Shown: in pieces, positions 12,301-25,869 of the stretch | Numbering within the stretch: the stretch's first letter is position 1 | How the letters are laid out: every line of letters starts with the position of its first letter | DNA from: Callorhinchus milii | Lineage: Eukaryota | Direction of reading: 5' to 3' | Length of the DNA: 64,000 nucleotides | Assembly: GCF_018977255.1 (NCBI RefSeq) | Contig: NW_024704742.1 | Span: 49,912,001 to 49,976,000 of the forward strand | Position numbers and translations under genes: made by a program | The notes under the pieces: generated by a model | What the model was told of the DNA's origin: nothing | Databases searched by the model: none | The model's input: the letters and a program-made list of their open reading frames with translations, nothing else

Positions 12301-14219
12301 ATAATTCATGATATCACCACACAGAGTAATATGTATTGCCAGATAATTTCCTATTATATGTTCTACCAGAATGGTAAAATGATGCCATGGTTTATCTTTA
12401 TGTTTCAATCCAAGGTTTATAGCATTGGTGATATATATTTTGGAGTAAAATTTGCAATGTGCTGACTGTAGGAAAATCCCTCTATAGCCTGTGGGCAATG
12501 TCTGAAGGAATTATTGATTTTTATGCATACTTAAGCACTTAAAATCACATGCAATAGAAAACTGATTACATTAAGTCAGACAAGAAGGGGATCAGAAGCA
12601 ATATTATTGTTATTATTAATATTGAATACATGGGTGAATGTTAACACTGGTGTAAAGTAAGGAACAAATTGGCAAAATTTCTAATGTATTTCTTATGCTA
12701 TTTAATACTAGGAAGGGCTCAGGGAATATTGCAAATTGAATCCCTTCTCCCCCCATTTTGAAAAATAATTTGTTTGTTTCAGTTTTAGCCTCCGTCCTCC
12801 AAATTATTGTTTATAGTACACTGTATAAAAGGCTGACTACAATGTTAGTAGTCACATCAACATTTGGAAACTGGAATTGATAGTAGCCAAAGTAGCCTTA
12901 ATGCCTACACTGCTATTGTTGTGTGCATAGTGATAAGTCATAAAGTGATGTAAATGTAACTAACAGTGTGAATAGACATGCTATCTGCTTTACTGTCATA
13001 GATGTTCTATCCCATACCTAATACCATTTCCACAATGCTAGTTTGTCACAGAAGGCAAGCCAATCTCTGGGGGTAATTAGTAATATATATTGGCCGTTTT
13101 TTCCAGATCAACATCCAGCAAGACCGGACTCAGAGTTGGATCTCCTGTTATCATTGTGCACTTGAGATACTACAGTGAAAAGGGGGAGATAGCATGTTTG
13201 TCATCAAACTCAATTGAATTCAAAGAGTATCTGTTGCACACCTACAAAGCACAATAATGTTCTCAGTCTTCAAGTGAGAACTCCTTAAGGTACCTGAAAT
13301 GTTATCATTCATATCACTCAAACTCATTCTGAACATAGATTGAGTTTAGTGATGGTCCTGCAAATCAGTGATAAATCTTTAAGAAATATCGACTCCAATA
13401 ACATTCCCGATCCAACAGTTCCTTTTCCCACTTTTGCTACAAAGATATTCCAATGTGCTATTTGAATTCCAATGGAGTTTCTATTTTGAGTCAGAAGGAT
13501 TAATTGCTTTTCAAATTATATTTTTAATATCTACCATAATATTTGACTGCTGAACTGACATGCTCTGGGATGTATATTCATGTCAGCAATTTTAAACGAT
13601 CGAGCCATCAAAATGTAAAATTCTATAATTGTACACCTTTCAGCTTTTCTATTTGCTCCACTATAAGATTGTGGGAAGAACATCTACCTGTGCCTGGAGT
13701 TACACAATTTTCCTAGCATTTCAAGAGCAGCCAGAATTTGACAAATTCTTAAATATAATCTTAATATTGAAGTCAGTTTTCTGTGATTTCTTTGAAGAAC
13801 CACAGAAAACCAGCTGCAGAATTCAACTATTTTCCAAATTCTGAATGCTCTTGAGGGCTGAGTAAATAAAGGAAATACAGACACAGGTGACAATTCTCCC
13901 CATATGTGTTTTATTCACATAATGATTTTGAACCAGGTGAAATAAATGAATGAAAATACCTTTGCATAAAGCTATATTTGTAGCCTTATCTGTCATAGAC
14001 ATACTATCTGTCAAGCAATTGGGAAGAGTCCAGTCATACAATAAGAATCCTAAAAATAACCAAGTTGGTTAGCAGTTAATGTTCACTCTGTAAGAATGTG
14101 ACATTGGGGAATCCCTACTCATTCATCCGCTGTGTAGTGCCCAGTTCACCATTGCCAGAAGGCGAGTCAGAGGCATGTGTCAAGGCCACAGCAGGTTCAT
14201 CTAGTTTTCCGACTGCCTT

Positions 14220-14500
14220 TCCATTTTTATCAGTTCAAGAACTTTATTCCACCTCATGTCAGTTCATTCAATCCCATTCGCTTCATGGCTGTTTCAGGGC
14301 CTTGGGACATCCTCCCAACTTGAAAGGCGCTATACAAATGTAATTGTGTTGTTGTAATTTGTGGGATATTGCCGTGTGCAAATGGGCTGCTGCATTAGGT
14401 CACAAAATAATAATTACACTTTACAGGATATCCTGTGAAGCACTTTGAGGCATCGCCGTGACATGAAATACACTGTATCCAATGCAAGAATTATTATTAA
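14220..14500 (+). mobile_element. L2 3' tail followed directly by DeuSINE 3' part
   Basis: CTTGGGACATCCTCCCAACTTGAAAGGCGCTATACAAATG, then TTTGTGGGATATTGCCGTGTGCAAATGGGCTGC..ATGCAAGAATTATTATT. Confidence 0.75.
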
Positions 14501-15249
14501 CCAAATTATACTGCTTGTTGCTAGTTTCTGTTGTTAGGAGTCAGCAGATCTGACAAGGCAACATAGAGAATGATGGAAAAGTGGATTCTGCTTGACTGAG
14601 AGGAGAATGCTTTCTCACTCCACAAATCATTCAAATCTCTGGCTTAATGAAGCATGCCTTAATAAAAGGAACTTCATTTTCCAATGGTTAAAAATGTAAC
14701 GAGTCTAGATTTGTATCTTATAGTCATTACCATCCTTGGTGATATTAACCTCAATTAGCAGCAGCCCAACTCACATTTTAAATTGACACTTGCTATAAAG
14801 AAGCAGAGTATGTTATGACTAATAATATTCATGCTATCATTATTGCAGGAATACACTGGAATACAGCAATGCCTTATTTTCTGCCTTTTCTTTATAAATA
14901 GCTAGTGGAGATATACATTACGACTGTCAGTTAACAAGCTCCAGAGGAGCAGCCAATCCTATGAAACCTATTTCCTTGCAGTCTGTACGTTAGATTAAAT
15001 ATAAAATGAAGTGCTCTTGCTTGACCTGGAAACCTAATTTCATTTTAGTCCAGCATCATTTGTATTTTTTTATATCATCAATATATTTCTGAATTTGGGA
15101 GCTGTAAACTATATACATGAAAGAGCTTTCATTATTTTGCATAGATCAATCAAAATATTTTTGGTTTGGCTCAGCATAGACTGAACTTCTTGCTTAACCA
15201 TTATCTCTTTCAAACAACATGGCTGACTTTGATCTACAAACACTGGCCT

Positions 15250-15500
15250 GTTCTATCTACCCCACCATTAACAGGTGGGTTTTCAGCCATTCTGCCCCTG
15301 GACTCTGTTCCATCCACGACTCCCTCCAATTAGCTCTCTCATCCCCTGTTCAAGGCACATCTCCAAAAGTATCTCTTTGACAGAGCTTTTGGTCACTTCC
15401 CCATTTTTCCTCCTCCCCCCCGCCCACTCGGGTGCCCATTCAGCACTGTCAATAGCTTGAAGACGTTCTCCCAATGTGAAATGTGCGATATCAATTGTAC
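15250..15500 (+). mobile_element. L2 LINE 3' fragment, old
   Basis: CACCATTAACAGGTGGGTTTTCAGCCATTCTGCCCC..CTCTTTGACAGAGCTTTTGG..ATGTGAAATGTGCGATAT. Confidence 0.7.
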
Positions 15501-15663
15501 TGTAACTTTGTTAATATCTATGAAGGAATCACTGCAGTACAGAATTTACGCTGGTCTGATTTGATTGTCATAGCGTAAGCGTAGGTTTAGGACATGGGTG
15601 AAAAAGTGAGGAGTATGATGTGATAATTATCAGTAATAATAATTCAGAATGGTTACAATCATT

Positions 15664-15936
15664 TGTAGGAGGGTGTGGGTCACGTCTGAAAAACAAAACT
15701 TGCACAATAATTTTAACCAAAAAATAAGGTTTATTTTAACAGATAAGCTCTAACTCTGTACATCTGTCTTCTCCAGACTTTCCCCTCACACTCCCAAGCC
15801 CCCAGCTTTTCACTGGTGCTTAATTATTACTTAGGGCTGGTGCCCAATCATCAAGGCCCTTGGTAGCTTCCTTTACATGTAGGTTGATCTCCAATAACCA
15901 TAAAAGGCGGTGACAAGGTTTATCCCCCCTGTCACA
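15664..15936 (-). mobile_element. Putative solo LTR
   Basis: TGT...ACA termini, 273 bp; on - strand a TATA-like GAAAAGCTGGGGG precedes AATAAA; flanks TCATT / CCATC could be a decayed 5-bp TSD. Confidence 0.45.
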
Positions 15937-16404
15937 CCATCATTCTATATATTTCAGTGTCACTTATTCTAGGGCCAGTGTTTTAGCTCAATGTGTGCAG
16001 TACTACAAGGAGACTCTAGCTGAGCCATTATTGGAATGAGATGAATTTGTAAACATTTCATTCCAACAGACCACCCTGAAGATGTTTGACAATAGTAATG
16101 AGAGAACATCATCTCTTTATTCATGTTAAGCATAACTGGTTTTGGAGCGCATTATGCCAATTGCTGGAATCTTTTACCAGGGTCAACAGCTGTCATGCTA
16201 ATGAACATGCTGCTGTACTGTTTGTGAATATTTGGTGCTGAAAATGACCTTTATGTTAGAACCAGCTGCTTGCTCTGTTACAGAGGTTTATTTATAATAT
16301 ATTATGGTTTATTTGTAGCAGCACCAGATTAAACATTTTCCTGCAGTGGAGAGGTGCACGCTGGTTGCTCCATTCAGTGCTACTGGGTTTGTATTGCCCA
16401 GATG

Positions 16405-16580
16405 TTAGCTTTGCTCAATTGGTAGCTCTCTTACCCCTGAAGGCTGTGAGTTCAATCTACACATTGAGACTTAAGCTGCTACTCTAGGCTACTACTTCAG
16501 TGCAGTACTGGAAAAGTGATGCATTGTCAGAGGTGCCCTCTTACAGATGAGACCTTAAAGTGAAATCCTTGTTCAGGTGA
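16405..16580 (+). mobile_element. DeuSINE 5' part
   Basis: GCTCAATTGGTAGC head; CAGTGCAGTACTG..GCATTGTCAGAGGTGCC..GATGAGAC. Confidence 0.75.
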
Positions 16581-16785
16581 ACAATTTTCATCAAACAGGT
16601 ATAAAGGGCAACCCTGGTATAATGTGAAACTCTGTACCTCAGAAAATGCGCCACAAATGAAGCGTGAAACAATAATTGTATTTTGGGTTGTCACACTGGT
16701 GCTGGCATTACTCCCAATACATTGGTCAACACTTCCTGTGTGTGGGATGCAACACACAGGAAGTATCAGCTAAGGAATCATCCTG

Positions 16786-17232
16786 CCTCAATTGGTAGCA
16801 CTCTAACTCTGAGTTAGAAGCTTGTGGGTTCAAACCCTACATCAGTACTTTGTATTCACATTCTAGACAGACACTACAATACAGTGGTGGTGGTACAATA
16901 CTGTATTGTCGGAGGTGCCCTACTTCGGGTGAGACATTACACTGAGCTTTTGTCTATTTGTTCGGTTGGACGTTAAAGATCCCATAGTATTACTCAAAAA
17001 GTAAATTTCTCCTCGTCAACAATCCCCCAGATCACTATTTGATCAATCACTTCAACAGCAATAACAACTTGCATTGATCTGGCACCCTTCACATAGGATA
17101 CACTGTACAGTGAAAGGCTGGACCATGAGCAAAGGAGAAAGGGAAAGGGTTGGAAGACATACATCAGGACATTGCTGCAAATTGACTGCCTTGTTTGTCT
17201 ACAAAAATTGCAGTCATTACACTTCACAGTAA
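16786..17232 (+). mobile_element. DeuSINE, interrupted by an antisense L2 tail fragment (~17058-17160)
   Basis: tRNA-like head CTCAATTGGTAGCACTCT..CTGAGTTAGAAG..GGGTTCAAACCC; Deu core GTCGGAGGTGCC..GGACGTTAAAGATCCCAT. Confidence 0.8.
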
Positions 17233-17234
17233 AA

Positions 17235-17478
17235 TCCCTCCACTTCCCCCTCCTTGTCCATCTTCAGATCACACCTGAAGACCTTCCTCTTTGACTGTGT
17301 CTATGATCACCACAGGACTCAACAATCTGATCTCAGCTACTTTTTGAATGAGTCCAGTGCCTTGGCTTCAACCACCCTTCCTTTTCTAGTCATTTATTAC
17401 CCTCTGGGTAAAGCTCTCTGGGACCTTGGGACACTACCCTGCCTGAGGGGTGCTGTATAAATGCAAGTTGTTGTTGTT
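17235..17478 (+). mobile_element. L2 3' end
   Basis: FRSHLKTFLFD remnant; tail GTGCTGTATAAATGCAAG then (TTG)n. Confidence 0.75.
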
Positions 17479-17626
17479 AAAGAAAAACTCCCTGTATCTG
17501 TCCTGAAATTGTTGTAAAGTGTACCTACCACGTATTTGTAGGCCAACGTATCAGCCAAACTGTTAAAGCAATATCTGACAAATAGTCTTGTATCAAATTG
17601 CGAGATGGATTGTTGGTCAGCACATC

Positions 17627-18255
17627 CAACAACAACAAGATTTCATTTATAGAGCGCCTTTCACATCGGGAGGACGTCCCAAGGCGCTGGACAGTTGGGT
17701 CGGGACCTGAGCAGGGGGGAAATGGTCAGGGTGAGGGGAGTGAAGGGAGGGTGCAAGGAGTGGGTAAAGAGTCGAGAGGGGAGCTGAAGGCACGGTCGAA
17801 GAGACAGGTCTTCAGACCAGCCTTGAAGGAGGAAAGGGAGGAAGCAAGGCGAAGGCACTGGGGAATGGAGTTCCAGAGCCTAGGGGTTGAGAGGCTGAAG
17901 GGCCGGCCACCGATGGTAGGGTGGTTAGGGCTGGGGATGTGGAGCAGACCGGAGCCAGAGGAACGGAGGGTACGGGCAGATACGTAGGGGGATAGTAGGT
18001 CGGAGAGGTAGGAGGGAGCGAGGCCGTGAATGGCCTTGTAGGTGAGGATGAGGATCTTGAATTCGATCCTCTGGGGGATGGGGAGCCAGTGGAGGTGAGC
18101 GAGGGTGGGAGTGATGTGATCGCGAAGCCTGGTGCGGAACAGTACACGAGCTGCAGAGTTCTGAATGACCTGCAGCTTGTGGAGGGAGGTGCTGGGAAGG
18201 CCGGCAAAGAGAGATTTCCCATAGTCCAGCCTTGAGGTGATAAAGGCATGGACCA
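17627..18255 (-). mobile_element. L2 LINE (subfamily A), young 5'-truncated copy
   Basis: Open frame VHAFITSRLDYG..LHWLPIPQRIEFKILILTYKAIHGLAPSYL..RLWNSIP; intact tail and (TTG)n; very similar to the 3' part of 46278-47565. Confidence 0.95.
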
Positions 18256-18639
18256 CATTACCCATTAGGGCTTTGGCTTGCAGGGTCACCAGGAGCTGAG
18301 TGGGATAACCCCCTGCCCCCAGTGACTGTTCTGCCCTTCCAAGTCCTGCCGATGAGCCAAGCTGGCTATGCTGTCATCAGCAGTGTCCTGAAATACTGCG
18401 TGCTGGCTCAGGAACCGGACTGCCAAGATCACCACAGAGGGTTGGCTCGATTCTGGCATTCCATTGCCAGGGAATGTCACCTTGGAGCCAGTTCAGCTCC
18501 AAGGAGACCCCACTTACAAATATATGTCTTGCTTAAAACTGACTTAGAATCATGGGAATAAATTATAAATGTTAATGATCTTTCTCATGTGTGTCCTTAT
18601 TATTTTTTCACAATTCTTCCACCTCACCTTCAGTTCCTG

Positions 18640-18932
18640 ATCTGGATGTTGGGTATCTAACATACATGGAAATCAGTTGCAGTTGTTCAAGGTATCCAAA
18701 CCAAACTATTGAGAGGGCCAGATAGATATGTGAACTTTCATTTGTCTGGAAATGGAAAGTGCACTCTCTCCCCAGAGAGACGCACCCTGCTCACATAATC
18801 TGCAAAGTATTAGACACCAGCCAGGAATCCCAGAGAGTCTGCATTGGAGTACTGCTGGGGTTTAACAGCTAAAGCTGTTTGTTATAGAGAGACTGTCTGG
18901 CAAGTTTCCCAATGCTTATCCAGCTATGACCA
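18640..18932 (+). repeat. Family X copy
   Basis: GTATCCAAACCAAACT, GGAAAGTGCACTCTCTCCCCAGAGA and GTACTGCTGGGGTTTAACAGCTAAA shared with other copies. Confidence 0.7.
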
Positions 18933-20960
18933 CCTTTACCCATAGAGCTTTCGTTAATAGGAGCCAAGTGGGAAGAATCCCTGCCTGCCCCCCAGTGATT
19001 TTAGCAGTGTGTCTACTGCAAAGTCAGAGAAAGAAAACAACATGAATCTTTTTCAATATTCCAGATTTGGAACATGGAGGGAGCGTTGAAGAGCAATCTC
19101 ATTGCAGGGTTCCTCTCGCATTTAGTCTTCACAATTTGATTAAAAGCCAGGATGAGATAGCAAGGAGTTAACAATTTATTTTGCTCAGCTTATCACCCAA
19201 AGCTAATAACTGACTTATCCATTAAATGGTTTTCAAGCCTACCCACCTGGGTGTGCAGCTGCTCCAGATGATTGTTGACTTTTTTCTCGAATTGCTTCAG
19301 ATTACGATTGACCTCGTTTCCTAACAATTACAGAACAGGTAAGTATGATGTTCAAGAATAGCCATCAGTTTCTCAGAATCCCAGAAACTGGTGCTTATGG
19401 AATTGGATTGATTTGGAGATTTGCTTCATCTCCAATCTTTGGCTTGGATTCTAGGCCATTACAATAAAGCAAAGCTGTGTTAGATTTTGAACACACTCTT
19501 CTTATGGTTGACATAGTTTCCAACACCTGTTTCCTCAGGGCTTTAGGAATCTATGCGGATGAACTATTCAGGGGAAGTCCATTTAATGCAGTCTTTGGGG
19601 AATTATCGATGTAATTCATATCCAGATAGCAGATGTGCACCAAGACAATTAAATGAATGTTCAGAACTGAGAAAATTGCCCGAGTACAACTGAGTGAGAA
19701 TATTCCTATCATAGAATTACATGGAATGATGCGACTTGGAAGCAGGCCATTTGGCCCAACTAGTCCATAGTTCGACTAGCCGGGCTCTCAGCTAGTCCAA
19801 CTATGGTGTTTAGCTAGGCTGATTCTGTGAAGCACTTTGAGACGTCCTCCTGACATGAAAGCTGCTAAATCAATATAAAATTGCTGTGTTATTATAGATC
19901 ACGTGAGCACCCAACACTCCTGTTTTACTCTCCTTCCTCAACTGTTCTATCAATTAACTTGACATCTTCCAGCCATGTTAGGAGCATCACCAGTTAGACT
20001 TCCAATAAGCCATTGGAGTCGTATGTGTTTTACATAGTTTATAGTGCTCCAGCATTGTTTGCATCAGTTTCGGTTTGTTGCAGATTTGGTCAGCAACTAA
20101 GGCTGTAACTTATATGGAAATAGTAGTGTTGTTAACGAGAAAAATATCTTATCAGCTGTCATTTGTCCTGGTGAAAAAGTTTTTAACAGTGGCGTTTCAC
20201 CAGTAAATATGTTACTAGAAATAATTACTAATATATATATTTTAAAAAGTTGGCATCAATTGATAGAAATGTTGTTGGTGCCAAATGGAAACTTAATCCT
20301 GACAAGTCAAAAATATATGATTTGTACATTCATATTGAGTATGAATCTGTTTTCTCAAATGAATTTGCACATTCCACTATAATGTAAAGTAATTCTTAAT
20401 TTGTATTTCTGAGGCAATATTTTACTATTCATAATAGAAATCCAGTGGAAGTTCACATTTAAATGGATATGGTACTGATCTTGTAACACTTCCATGCTAT
20501 TAGGTGAGAATATCTAAATTAAAGTTCACATCTCAACAGGCTAATTGGAACAAAAGGAAACAATTTCAAGAGTAATTATATTGCAAAATATTGCACTTCT
20601 GACAACTTTAAATAGTACGCGTCTTCTGGGTCAAATTTGGCCAGAGGCCTTGGCAACCAAAACTATATACAGAATTCCGATAGGAGAGGCTAGTGAGAAT
20701 TCAATCATTAGTTTCAGCATATTTCTGAGTCACCTGTTCTAAGTTCTTTGCATTTAGAGAATGCAGGAATAGGCTGGAGCATAATTACCTCACATTAATT
20801 AATACAACTAAGAGAACAGAAATGGGCATTGAACACATGGCAACAGATTTAGTTTTAGTTTTTCATTGTCTTGTAAATCTATTGGTACATTTGTCTTGTA
20901 AATCTATTGGTACATTTTTAAGACTCTAGCAAATTAGCTTTAGGGTGAAATTCAGAGATG

Positions 20961-21310
20961 CATAGAAATACAGAGAACTTTACAGCACAGAAACAACCCA
21001 TTTGGCCCAATTACTCTGCAGTGTTTATACTTCATATGAGCTCATATTTCCTCCCCCTTATACCTCTCTATTCCCTTCTCCTTCATGCATGCATCAAGTT
21101 TCCTCTTAAATACATTGATGCTTAACTGCCTTTTAGATCCGCCTTTTAGATCTATATTGCCTTTTGAACTCAGCAAAAAATGGAACTAGCCTATTAGCTC
21201 CCACCTTATCAAATCCTTTCATAATCTTAAACACTTCTATCAGGATCCTTCTCAATTGTCTCAATGTCAAAGAGACACCTATGCAGTGTTTCTTGATAAC
21301 TGTATCCTTG
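20961..21310 (-). mobile_element. CR1 LINE 3' fragment
   Basis: CATAGAA..TACAGCACAGAAACAACCCATTTGGCCCAA; reverse complement of the 61535-61945 family. Confidence 0.75.
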
Positions 21311-22615
21311 GTTACCTCAGGGCTCCAGTAAATAATGTGACAGACTGTAAGAATGGAGCTAAAATATGCTCTAGAAGTCTAAAAATGTACTGTAGAATTT
21401 TCAAGCCCAATAAGGCACAGAAAAACACTTTCTAGTTCATTTCTATTTACCTCTTGAAGATCTATAGAATGTTTTCAAAATCAATGTGATTCTGTGAAAA
21501 AAAATACTACAAGAAGGTCATTCTCTGCTTAATTTTGTTAGCAACTACAATTTAATTGAGATTATACACTGTTAAGCTCTGTGATAATGAAGTTGTCTGG
21601 GAACCATACAAGTAGCGCAGTGATTAAAAATAGCACACATTTGACATCACAGATGTGAATAAAAATAAACTCAGCAGCAGTCAGAGACAGGTGGAATGTA
21701 AAGCAAACACTGCTCATTGAACAGAGAAATGCCATTATAGTTCAACCTTAAGGTTCAATACTCATTTTCATAAGTCTCTAATTTCTCTTAAGGGGATATT
21801 TAGGCTCTGCAGCCAATGTACATACAATTTTAATTTTAAAAGGATCTCAGACAGGAAGACAGTATAATCTTTGCATTTTTTGCTGTAGTCTGAATAAACC
21901 AAGGAGAAAAATAAGAAAAAGTCACATTTTGTTTTACAATCTCTTGTCGTCCAACAGACAGAATTTGGAACGTTTCATGATAGGAATACAATTTGCAAAT
22001 TTTATAATTACAAAGAATTTTCCAAGATCAGGTACATTGGTGATGTACACATTGATATAAAAATGTTAATACAACTGTCTAAGTGTGCACCTATTTGCTG
22101 GAGGCTCACAATTTCTCATGATCTTAGTCTTAAGACCATTAGTCTTAAAATTTAAGATCTTGTGGAATTTTGGAAAGCACAATTTCATATTCTATAGTTT
22201 CATACTGAATATTATTTTGACCCTTTGGAAATTTTTCCTAAATATCAGGAGTATATAGAGGGAGAAGATGGAGTACAATACAATAATTAAAAAGGAAATA
22301 TTTTCTTTGAAGTGACATAGAAACTTTTTATATATATATACATTTGGGATACAAAAAATGTGATGCTTCATATCCAGTTTCTGGCTACAAATTTTGTGCA
22401 AGTCTCTATCAACATAATAATTCAGAAGTCACCAAATTTATTGGCAAATATTTAAGCATCATTTTGTTAAAAATGCCTAGTAAGTTCTGTTTTCGACATA
22501 AAAACAAAATGCTACTGCACTTCAATCCAATTTCACCTCTTTCATTTCACCTGAAGTACGTAAGATTTCAGAGCTCGTGCACAATTTGGAACTTTTTTAA
22601 TGCATTTCATATTAT

Positions 22616-22770
22616 CATAGAAATATACAGCACAGAAGGAGGCCATTCATCCCATTGTGTCTGTACCAGCTCTTTGAAGTGAGCTATCCAAATCAATCCC
22701 ACTCCCCTGCGCTCTCCCCAAAGCCCTGCAAACTTGTCCTCCCCAAATGATTATCTAATCACACATTTCC
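22616..22770 (-). mobile_element. CR1 LINE 3' end
   Basis: CATAGAAATATACAGCACAGAAGGAGGCCATTC..AATCCCACTCCCCTGC. Confidence 0.75.
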
Positions 22771-23175
22771 ATCACGCTCCAGCAACATGTATACACAGCT
22801 AGTAGGAACAGGTGTACAATACCAAATACTGCTCTGAAGAACAAATAGGAATATGGAAGGACAAACATTCAGTAATTAGAAAATATTTTGGGGAGTGGAT
22901 ACGTACACATTTTTGCAACTGCTGAATATGTTATGCCTCTTAATGATTTCAAAATAATAATGGGGTTGAAAGGTGGAGAATTTGGCTTTGTTTGTGCTTA
23001 TATTTACCTGATGTATAAAAAATACACATTATTACATGCCTATTGCGTTTCGTGCCAGATTGATCTTGGGGAGGGAAGGAGGTTGTGGGTTCCTGACAAA
23101 ATGAAAGATTACCAGATAATCACATCCTCCCAATGTGAAGGGTGCTATATAAATGTAAATGTTTCAGAAGATTGT

Positions 23176-23570
23176 GGGAGTCAGAAGGTTGTGGCTTCAA
23201 GTCCCATGCCATGACTTTGAACTCACATAGTCCAGGCTGTCACTCAAGTGCAGTGCTCAGTATGTACTGATCTGTTGGAGATGCGTCTTTTGGATGATAC
23301 ATTTAACCAAGATCCCATTTGCATGTCCAGTGGACATTAAATATTTCAAGGTACTATTCGAAAAGAGAAAGCAGTTTCTCCCGGTGTCCTGGCCAACAAT
23401 CCAAATAAAATATTAACCATTCACTTCACGGATGTCTGTGGGATAAGGTTGCACATAATTGGCTGCTTTGTTTACATACAAATTAAAGTAATTACATTTT
23501 ACAGTATATCTTGTGAAACACTTTAATGCTTCATTCTGACTTGGAAGGCACTATATCAAATCAAGTTTTT
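23176..23570 (+). mobile_element. DeuSINE, near full length
   Basis: GAGTCAGAAGGTTGTGGCTTCAAGTCCCA head, Deu core, GAAGGCACTATATCAAAT tail. Confidence 0.85.
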
Positions 23571-24289
23571 TTTAAATGCTATAGCTATCTGGCCTGGGGC
23601 TTTAAGAAAGAACTGCGTCCTTACATATTTAAACTAAGCACCTGCCCTGAATGAAAAGGGCTCTGTGACAATGCAGGTAAACATTTTTGCACACATCATC
23701 ACCCCTGTGTCTGCTAATTGCCCAAGATCTTTTCAAGCCATATTTACGCTATTCCAATCATCTCCATCCAGGTACTGAGAGACAAACAACAGCTTGCAGG
23801 GCTGCTTGTTGACTGAGTTATCTCTCTCGCTTTATGTGGATTATTTCACTTCAGCATGATTGGTTTTGAAATGTTTTTGAAAATACTCTCCTATTTTGTA
23901 AGGGGATTAATGTGACTGCACCAATAAATTCTTCAATTCAGAACTGATCCTCTATCTTATTGGACAAGAGCTGTAAAACATTGGCAAGAAAAAAAATTAA
24001 GGAAGACAATAAATTAGAATTATGGATAGCACTTAAGAGCAGGTACAATCTCCCCAGAGACATGATTTGTGATGGAAGTCGGATTAAGGTAAAAATAAAA
24101 CGATCCATGATAGTAATTTACACAAATACAGTAATCCCTGGTTTACCTAATTCTGCGTATCCAGAATTTGGACCTAGCCAGACCAGGTCCAACGCCCCAA
24201 AAATGTTTTTAAAAATTTCCACGGAACCGCACATGTGTAGACTCCTTCTCTTAGCAGCGTATTCGCTATCTTCTGCTCCTGGATTCTCC

Positions 24290-25008
24290 CTCAGACGCAT
24301 CAAACCCATGCACAACTTAGGTGTCAGGTTCAATCCTCAGCTTTCGTTTCCACCACACATCCGTCCCTGACCAGGACCACTTTTTTCCACCTCCAACACA
24401 TCACCTGCCTCCATCTGTACCTCACAATAAAAGCAGCCAAAACCTTCGTCCACGTCTTCAGCACTTTTCAAGTGCTGGACTATTCCAATGGCCTCCTCAT
24501 TGGTCTCTCCAGCTACACCATGCACAAAATTCAACTAATTCAGAACTTCTGGATTCTCACCCACACACATCTCTGTATTCCATCACACCAGTCCTTGCCA
24601 GGCTCCACTGGCTCCCAATTACTGAACAGATCAATGTCAAGATCCTCTCACTTGTTTTCAAATGCCTTCATGCCCTCGCACCTCCCTACCTATCCAATTT
24701 GTTTATTCTCCACTCCCCCACCTGCTGCTTCTACTTGGCTGGTTCTGGCCTCTGTTTGTCCCTGGTCCCCTCCACTGCACTATCGGCGGTGATGCTTTCA
24801 CCCCGAAACTCTGGAATTCTCTCCCTCAATCCCTCGGCCTTGCCCCCTCCCTCCCCACTTTCAAGTCCCACCTAAAGACCTTCCTTTTTGATTTTGCCAA
24901 CTGTCACCTCCCACTCCCTCTCCATCTGGCTCGGAGTCAGACTCCTCCACTGTTGAGCGCTCCGGGAGGCTACCCAGTGTGAAAAGTGCTACATAAATGT
25001 AAGTTGTT
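24290..25008 (+). mobile_element. L2 LINE 3' fragment
   Basis: NLGVRFNPQLSF, LDYSNGLL, LARLHWLPI, KLWNSLP, FKSHLKTFLFD; tail GTGAAAAGTGCTACATAAATG. Confidence 0.9.
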
Positions 25009-25869
25009 CCTTCTCATGGGATTCAAACAATTACAATGCCTGTACCCGAATTGACAGGGATTTTTCAAAAAAACGGTAAATGCTGGCACCTACATTGTAA
25101 TTACATTTAGCTGGAAATTCCGGCTTGCCAGACTGCATCTCCCCCCCATTGGTCCAGCCAGCTGGGATTTTAGTGCAATATAATAAAAGGTGAATGAATG
25201 GTAATGAAGTGGACAAACTCATGTATAACAGAGATGGTAGAATAATCTACGCAAAGCAATAATTGATGGACATCTGCTACCTTGGGAATCTCTGGAAACT
25301 GATGGAGCTGAGCGTTAGGTTGTAACGTTGGATATTCTGTTTTTCTCAGTGTACAGTGAATGATAATATTTTTTCCAGGGGCGTTGTTGGCCAGGCGGAT
25401 GGGATTTTGGTTTAATGTTTTAACTGAAGAACAACCCTTCCAACATTGCAGGGCTCCCCCAGCACTGCATATTTCGTATAATCAAACTTTATTGTTCTAT
25501 AGTGTTCAAAGTGACATTTCTATATGGATGTAATGTGTCTGTGCATGACTCTAATGTTATTTTTTTTACAGTTGAATAGGGTCAAGTCCATTATTTAATT
25601 TGAAAGTTCTTATTAAAGTGAGATACAATATGGCACATCATGCAACATATACCAAACATTAATTCCCATCTGGCTTTCTTAAGCTCTTATAAGGATATCT
25701 TGTAGCTCTCATAAATCAACTGGCATGCTATAATACACCCCTTTTCAATTTGACATGCACTGTGAAAATGTGATTCATTTTACAGGAATAAATTAATAGC
25801 TTACATACAACCATTCACATTATCTTGAAGGTAAAAATATTGGAGTCCAACAAATCAAATTCATTTTCT

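Noticed and set aside
24127..24200. TA-CAGTAATCCCT as a Tigger/pogo terminus
   Set aside because: No matching opposite TIR found; too short to support.
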